From the NCBI GenBank assembly GCA_951406725.2, contig OX597822.1, positions 56,234,001 to 56,298,000 of the forward strand: a stretch of DNA of 64,000 nucleotides. Direction: 5' to 3'. Positions 56,712 to 64,000 of the stretch are shown here, piece by piece. Position 1 is the first letter of the stretch, and each line of letters opens with the position of its first letter. This DNA comes from Octopus vulgaris (Eukaryota). The notes under the pieces were generated by a model. That model saw only the letters and a list, made by a program, of their open reading frames with translations. It had not been told where the DNA came from and did no database searches. The position numbers and the translations under genes were made by a program.

Positions 56712-58207
56712 CCTGATTTAGAAAAGTTTGCAAAGTAACTTGACATCATTTCTGATACTTCCTTATCTTCTGATGAAGAATTCGTTGTATATAACGCTCG
56801 CGAAAACACATAGTATATTTCATTTCCGTGCATGGAACCCATCCATTCCGGCCAAAGCGAATCATCTGATCGATAATCAAAAGAATACATGTAAACATTG
56901 GAATGGTTACTCCATTCCCGGGAAAATTCAATAGTAGGACATTTAAACATGGTATCGCCAGCTACTTGTTCAAGTGCGTATGTGTATTTATCAGTTTCAG
57001 AGGAGGAGTAGATATTAGACCCATAAACATAAAAGATGGAATCAAGCTGCGTAGGATTTAGTTGTAATGGTTTAATCACTTCTTTCATTAATTTATGTGA
57101 GATAGAATTGTTTATTGGAACAGTTCCCTGAAAGAGGAAATATTGGGGGAAACTCGTTAGAAGAAAATAACTGCCTTCATTTTTAACAAAACCTATTAAT
57201 ACATCTTTTTTAATTGCTTTATTTTGTAGAGCTTTGTTTGGCTTCGCCTGTAAGAAATAGTTATCGATAATGGGGAAAAAAGGACGACCGAAGAAGCCGT
57301 TTAAATTATGAAATTGTCCCAGTGACATATTTTTGGCATCGGCATTTAGAAAACAATCTAGCATCTGCTTATCACTCTCAGTTGGGCATTTCAGGAAAGC
57401 AGCCATTTCTTTCGCTCTATCCTTATTTCCCTCTATTGAGTTAATTGCCCAGTCAGCGTTATATGTCCCACTCATTATAATAGCATTCCTGAAAAGATTC
57501 CGAGACATTGGTGAAATAACATGCATACTAACAGATACTGCACCAGCACTTTCTCCAAATAGTGTCAGTTTATCAGGGTCTCCGCCGAATGATGCAATAT
57601 TATCGCGAATCCACTTTATAGCGAGGTTTTGATCAAGCAGTCCCATATTACCTGGAGCGCGCTCGTCATTTAAGGAAAGGAAACCAAAGGGCCCCACTCT
57701 GTAATTCAATGATGCAACAATAATATTTTGACTGACAGCTAACCATCTTCCATCGTATTCGTCTAACGTGCTTGATCCAGATGTAAATCCCCCTCCATAT
57801 ATCCAAATCATCGTAGTTAAATTTGAACGGGACTTCCGCGCTTCTGTTGGCGTCCAAATGTTTAAATAAAGACAGTCTTCTTTCATAACAGTTTTTATTT
57901 TCCACGAATCGGTACCTGAATCGTCATCAAACATACTATTTTTATTTTCAAGTTGTACACACGCCGCAACATGTTCCTTCGTTTCTTTTATACCACTCCA
58001 CCGTTCAATTTTTTCAGGTCTTCTAAATCTTAGATTACCAACAGGAGGTTTCGCAAATGGTATTCCAAGAAATACATCAAGCTCAACATTCTGAACTACA
58101 ACTGTTGATCCATTAATCTTTCCGCTGGTAGTTTCAATTATCGGGTCTTCTGCATGGACAAGAGTTTTTAATAGAGAAATTATTAAAATATATTTCAGAC
58201 CTTCCAT
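56712..58207 (-). CDS. Cholinesterase-like carboxylesterase paralogue B, large first coding exon
   Basis: Signal peptide, EDCLYLNIW, WIYGGGF, FGESAG, GFVKNEGSYF, WPEWMGSMHGNE. Acceptor at 58238-58239, donor tcagg|gtaag at 56711/56712. Confidence 0.94.
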
Positions 58208-59104
58208 GATACGAATGGGTAAAATGTTGGCGGAATTCTGAAAGAAAGAAAAAGAATATTATTGAAAGAACATATTTGAATGAGTCTAGAGGCAAAATAA
58301 TTTAATTAATTTTCGCTTATCTTCTAATGCCACAATATATCATAGTAGAACATATAATATGTTTTGCTGTGTAAAGTTACATCTATTTATTTATTTACCT
58401 TTTGTGTGTGTGTGAGTGTATGTGTGTGTATGAGTGTATGTGCGTGTGCGTGTTTGCGTTTGTGTGTTGATGTATTACTACCAATCATAGATATGAGTGA
58501 GAAGTTGGCGATCACCACAAGTGACGCAGAAGAACAATAACTATATGGTTCACTCCATTGCCCATTGTGAACGTGGCCTCTGACGGTGTAATCAAATATA
58601 ATGTGCCTCAGTATGTTGTGCGATGATGCCTAACTATAAATTGGTTCGAACCGGTAAAAACAGTCACTTAATAAATAGAGAGAGGCATGAAAACCTACAT
58701 CCATACATAATCGCATGCATGCTTACATACATGCATACATGCGTACGTATCGGCCTTAGTGGCCTTTGCTCACTGACTGTCAAATACGCAGACGAGATTT
58801 GTGCACATGATATACTGGAAACAAGCAATAAATATTCGTTAGCATAAGTATAGGCGCCCGAATCTGGCGTACTTGCTACACACTGCACATATGATTTTTG
58901 TCTCTTTACGATATACGTTGTGTTTCAAACACAACACTTATATAATACATGCTATTTGTGGGAAGAATAGCGCTGTTATTTTCCCTTCAACTGTATATTT
59001 ATATTATGTATTGTTACGGTTGGCTAAGTGCATTTCGGGTTTAATTAGTGTAGTGTTTCTGGTGACCCACATCGTGGATATGGTTCCAGTATGTCTGGTG
59101 AAAA

Positions 59105-60162
59105 TGTGACAGTCTTTTGTCTAATGGAGGACTAATGGGTTTTGGAATGACCTGTGACCTCGTGCGGTTGAGAAGAGGGTCAGGAGAATGTGAAAGAAAA
59201 GGGACAGATTAAGGGCTGAGAGCAAATAGAGATAGAGTATAAGCAGTAAGGGACGGATGGAGAGGCTAAGAGTCTGGCAGGCGATAGCGATAGAGTAAGA
59301 GCAGAGGGCAAATAGAAAGGATAAGCAGTAAGGGACAGATAGAGAGGCTAAGGGATTGAGGCGATATAGATAGAGTAAGGAATCAGAGAGCAGTTAGAAA
59401 GGGTAGGAGCGATATAGACAGAGGGAGATGAGGGAGTGGAAGTCAGGACAAGGAAGTGAGGTTCTGGGCAGTCGTTGAGCGGTCGTCGAGGAACACGGAC
59501 GGACTCTGGAGGTCAGAGCGAGTGGATGGAACCTTGGATTTAAGGGACAAGCGTTGGAATTCTTAGGAGCAAGTTGGATGCGAGAAAGCTTGGCGGCACA
59601 GAAGGGAATTAGCAGTATTCAGAGGAATTAGCAGTATTGAGAGGAATGGGACACTGGCAGATTCAATTAGGAACTGAGGTATGTGATTTGTGTATTGAAC
59701 AGTCAAGGACTCTGTCGATGTGGTCGATAAAGGACATTGTGAAGAAGAAGAGTAAAGGACTTGTTATTTGTGATGTTTAGAAAAAGAGACTTTAGAGAAC
59801 TGTGTCTTCGGACGTGTACTTTTGAAATACTGTATATGACTTGTTGCGTCTCCGGACTGATATATTGTTACATGATGTTGTATTATGTATTGAGTAGTCA
59901 CGTGCATGCTTTGATGTATCTTGATGTTGTAACATTGTAATTGCCGTATAAACTGTTGTTTGAATATAAGCCAGTGTTGCCAGTTGTTGCCTTGCCTCTT
60001 TGGGTTGTATCTCGGGTTGTGCCTCTGTATCTCTGTGCTGTTGAGGTTGTGGCAGTATCTATCTGTATCTCCTCTCTCCGCCTCTTTGGGTTCCGTGGCG
60101 GAACTAGTGTGCGAGCCGTTCGGGACGGGCGACGACGGGCGATTCCAGTCCGTTCCGTAACA
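59105..60162 (+). mobile_element. Possible solo LTR
   Basis: Non-coding, more GC-rich block bounded by TGTGAC...GTAACA with short internal direct repeats. No target-site duplication is visible. Confidence 0.35.
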
Positions 60163-61072
60163 GTATGATACATAGAGGGTTATTTTAATTTAATATTATT
60201 TCTATTGCATATAATGGGTTATCATTCCGGCGGGCAACTAATCGAAGTACAAGTGAACATTTATGCACCATTTTCTTCATATCGGAGACGACAAGCATTG
60301 TCTAAGCATGTTACTGTCTGTATGTACACATCATTGATATGGTTCAATGAGGCTGAAATGCATCTGGTGTTCTTACTAACCACTGCTGAAACAAGTTTCA
60401 TCTCCTTTCATTACATATATTGTGATTTTATACACAACACATCCATTATATATGTTACCTATGACAACTAGCGCCGTAAATTTCTATTCTACGTTACACT
60501 AACATTAAGTACGATATATGGTGACTATTGTAATTCAATATTCTTTCAGTTGAATATAATAGATAAATATATAATGAATACGAGGCGATGAACAAGTAGA
60601 ATCGTTAGCACGCCGAGTGAAATGCTGAGCAGCATTTCATCTAGCTTTACTACATTGAGTCGCGTTTGTCGTGTTCTGGGTCAATCACAATAATACAGAT
60701 ACATCATGGCAAGCTCTATGGGATGTTCCTTTTGATATGTAAGGAATGGCAAGAATAGAAATTGCAGAAATCTTGGACTTTCGTTATCATAACTTGTATT
60801 CTAACATCTCCAACAAAACTTTTCCATCCCAAGATAGCTGGGCTTCTTTTGTGTTAACATCAATGTGAGGGAGAGAGGCGACTTGTATTTATAGACAACA
60901 TTCTACAGTACCATGATCAGCCTTAAACGACGGAGATTTTATGTATACAGATACAAATATGTATATATATACGTATATATGTACGAGAGCGCGCGTGTAT
61001 GTTCGAATATGTGCGTGTGTACAGAGAAAGAGTGTCCCAGACAAATCGAAAAGTATGTAAAAATATAAATAC

Positions 61073-61150
61073 CTTTGTTTTCAGATCGCTCTAACTCTTT
61101 CACGTCTCCCGGCACTGTATACACTGCTTCACCTGTCGCAGCAAATACAT
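61073..61150 (-). other. Putative non-coding first exon of paralogue B (5' boundary approximate)
   Basis: Homologous to 32483-32560, with conserved donor aag|gtattt. The further upstream block at about 61760-61940 is homologous to about 33070-33250. Confidence 0.55.
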
Positions 61151-62096
61151 ATATGTTTAAACACGTATATATATATTTCTGTGTGTGTGTTTGTGCATGC
61201 GTGTTTATGTGGGGAGGGACGTGTATTGTATGTATGTACTGTAAATAATGTATGTCTGTATATCGTATATATGTATGTGTGCATATATATATGTTTTCAA
61301 GCACTCGTATAAGTTTAGGCGTATATTTTGTGTGGGCGACACTGTGTATATGTGTATGAGCTTATTTGTGCGTATACTTTCATGCGTGCGTGTGTGAGGG
61401 GAGGTGCATGCGCGCGGAATGTGAACTTGTTTACAGGTGTGAGAAGGGTGAAATTGAGAGAGAGGCAATGAAGTAGAAAGAAAATGAAACGGTCATATTC
61501 CAATAGACAATGCATAACTATTCGAGGAGTGGATTTTCTGAATGCACTCAAGGAAAATGGGAATCTAAAATTCACAGGCCGACAAAGAAAGTAAGAGAGG
61601 TTGAGAAAGAGAGAAAGAGAACAACTGTAAACAAAATCTTCCACAAAATGGAGAGGCTACAAAATGATTTCACGGCACAAATATCTAACTTCTTTTTCTC
61701 AACATTTTTACATACATTTAGCTTTATTGTTTTTTCATATTTTTATTACATAAAGAGTTTTATATAACATTTAGCAGTCTCTCATAGCTTACGAGCTATA
61801 AATAAAAGTTTAAATTGTCTGGAATTTTTTCTCCGGGCGTCATTTCTAATTCATTCTCCACTTATTGTTTTCTGTCTTATCTCTGATGAAGGAATAGATA
61901 CCGAAAAGTCGGATATGTTCTCTTCGTTCTAAGCGTTTGCACTGTGCACATGCAAACATACATACTTACATACATACATATACATATACACACAAACACT
62001 CACGCACACATACATACACACACACACACATTAAATAAAATAAGGTAACAGAGCCAAGTCAATGTGATATATCTAGGACATTCATAAAGAGAAAGT

Positions 62097-62148
62097 TCGT
62101 CTTACAGCTGTTTCAGGAAAATATATGATACCCCATCATCAGAGACGA
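62097..62148 (-). ncRNA. Type-I hammerhead motif, canonical core
   Basis: UCGUCU CUGAUGA U-GGGG-loop-UUCC-U GAAAC-AGCU-GUA AGACGA; palindromic ACAGCUGU. Confidence 0.8.
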
Positions 62149-62174
62149 GTTAAAAAAGTTTCTCATATATATAT

Positions 62175-62849
62175 GGGGGAGAATTCACAAAAGACAAACG
62201 TCGAAGACCTGTGGTGTAGACAACAAACAGATGTATTAGTTTAACGCTCGAGAAGTGAAAAAGTATTTAACGTTGGGAGTTGAGGTGAGGTATGTGGGAG
62301 TGGGTGTAAAGGATGGGTGGGATGGGATAGAGAGGGAAAGTGGGGTTAGATTTTATAGAGGTGGAGTTACGAGGGAGGGGTGATGATGAAGAGAGAGGGG
62401 AAGGGAGAAGGCTGGTAGGAATGAAGATAAGAGAGAAGGAGGGTGGGAGTAAAGAGAAGAAGTAGGAGTCGGAAAAAGAGAGAAGAGGTGGGTGGGAGGA
62501 AGTAGGTATGAGAGGAAGAGAGGAGAGGAGGGTTAGATGAAGAGGAGAGGAGATTTGAGACCATATGGTGCAAAGGAGTGAAGAGAAAAATTTAAACCCT
62601 GTTCTCGGCGAAAACGGGAGACCGGATGGCCCCTGTCCAAGAACAATCCGAACACAGACAGGCGTTGCAAAGAGTGAGCGGTAGAGACGAAATGTCACGA
62701 GATCGGGGTGTCATTACCGAGTCGGATGTCTCGGAGGTGTTCCGCGAACCGGTCAGCCAAGCGGCATCCCGTTTGCCCGATGTATAGATAAGGGCAGAGA
62801 GAACAGGAGATGCAGTAGATGACATTGCTAGAAGTGCAGGTGAAGGAGT

Positions 62850-62852
<3 letters not shown>
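62175..62852 (-). mobile_element. Penelope-like 3' fragment (GIY-YIG), 5' end at (TA)n
   Basis: FTCTSSNVIYCISCSLCPYLYIGQTGCRLADRFAEHLRDI. Confidence 0.75.
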
Positions 62853-62882
<30 letters not shown>

Positions 62883-63093
62883 ATAAGTCAAATATGCCAT
62901 CCAGTTTCTGAAAAGTCACGGCCCCCTACGTTGGTTTGCAGATTGCTACTGACAGTTACTAAATCTGGATCATGTATCATGTTGTTAACAAATATACACA
63001 CACGTACACAGACACGTACACATGTATAAATGTACACACACACACATATATATATATATACATACACACAAAAATAGACACACACAGGCGCGC

Positions 63094-63128
<35 letters not shown>

Positions 63129-63230
63129 GGAGTAAAAACATAAATGTGAAACAAGGTGGAAAAAAGAGTACTCAAATACCAGTGGTAGAGTAATATGCTT
63201 TATTTAAAGCAGCAGAAAATTCAACAAAAC

Positions 63231-63268
63231 CTGTTACTCTGAGTTTCACGTTGCCGTTCATCGGACAG
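63231..63268 (-). ncRNA. Minimal hammerhead motif, C4 variant, in a 150-bp insert (63128-63280) between (TA)n tracts
   Basis: CUGU CCGAUGA ACG-GCAA-CGU GAAAC-UC-A-GA-GUA ACAG. Confidence 0.75.
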
Positions 63269-63278
63269 TTTTTGCTAG

Positions 63279-63315
<37 letters not shown>

Positions 63316-63319
63316 GTTT

Positions 63320-63803
63320 TACCAGTGTAAAATTAACAGCGGACCTTGAAGCAATCCAGAGAAGATTCACAAAGAAGATCGTCTCTTTGCAACAGCTCAG
63401 CTACTGGGAAAGGTTGAAACAGTTAAGACTCTACTCCCTGGAGAGAAGACGGGAGAGATATGCAGTAATATATGTCTGGAAGATCCTGGAAGAAATTGTG
63501 CCAAATTTTGGCATTGTAAGCTACACCAATACTAGAACGGGACGACACTGCATAGTGCCAAAGATCCCAGCAATGCCATCAAGCTTCAGGACCAGCTTCT
63601 GCAACAGCCTGGGTTTCAAGGGCCCACAGCTTTTTAATATTCTCCCAAAGAGTCTGAGGAACATGCACAAAGTAGATGTAGTGGTTTTTAAATCAAAGCT
63701 GGACATCTTCCTGTCGAGAGTCCCAGATGAACCTACCTCACGGCAAGAGATGCAAATGAGAGTAGCTATATCAAACCATTCTTCACAAAGTGCCACATAT
63801 TAA
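63320..63803 (+). mobile_element. CR1-type LINE 3' fragment
   Basis: LEAIQRRFTK...LSYWERLKQLRLYSLERRRER...FNILP...FKSKLDIFL. Confidence 0.8.
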
Positions 63804-64000
63804 ACGAGGTTCTTCGCAATAACAGTGTAGCACAAAACGGCGGTGCATCAGCATGGCCGCAGGTCTGAGTTGAAACCAGAGAAAAAAAATATATATATAT
63901 AACCACGGATAAAATCTACGTATGATTTTATTAAGTATCTAGCATGTAATGAACCATATAGGTAAAAATATATATGATTATATAAATATAATTATCGTAA

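Overview
AT-rich, microsatellite-dense eukaryotic DNA. The repeat content and gene style point to a coleoid cephalopod (Octopus-like); this is an inference, not a database result. The only host genes are a minus-strand tandem cluster of cholinesterase/carboxylesterase-family paralogues. Two are intact, with three coding exons plus a putative non-coding first exon (about 11.85-32.6 kb, 583 aa; about 42.4-61.2 kb, 594 aa). Both have a signal peptide, a Ser-Glu-His triad, a remodelled active-site gorge and a GPI-signal-like tail. A truncated pseudogene lies between them (36.8-40.8 kb). The rest is transposon-derived: two long Penelope-like elements (RT + GIY-YIG) with a predicted -1 frameshift, a GC-rich RTE LINE, R4/Dong-like LINE pieces at (TAA)n, Tx1, CR1 and mariner remnants, and tRNA-derived SINEs. 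The least obvious signal is about 15-20 minimal type-I hammerhead ribozyme motifs, many with non-canonical cores. They sit in Penelope termini and in 350-490 bp non-coding, retrozyme-like tandem units. These elements are repeatedly inserted into (TA)n tracts as two head-to-head arms whose 3' ends point outwards.
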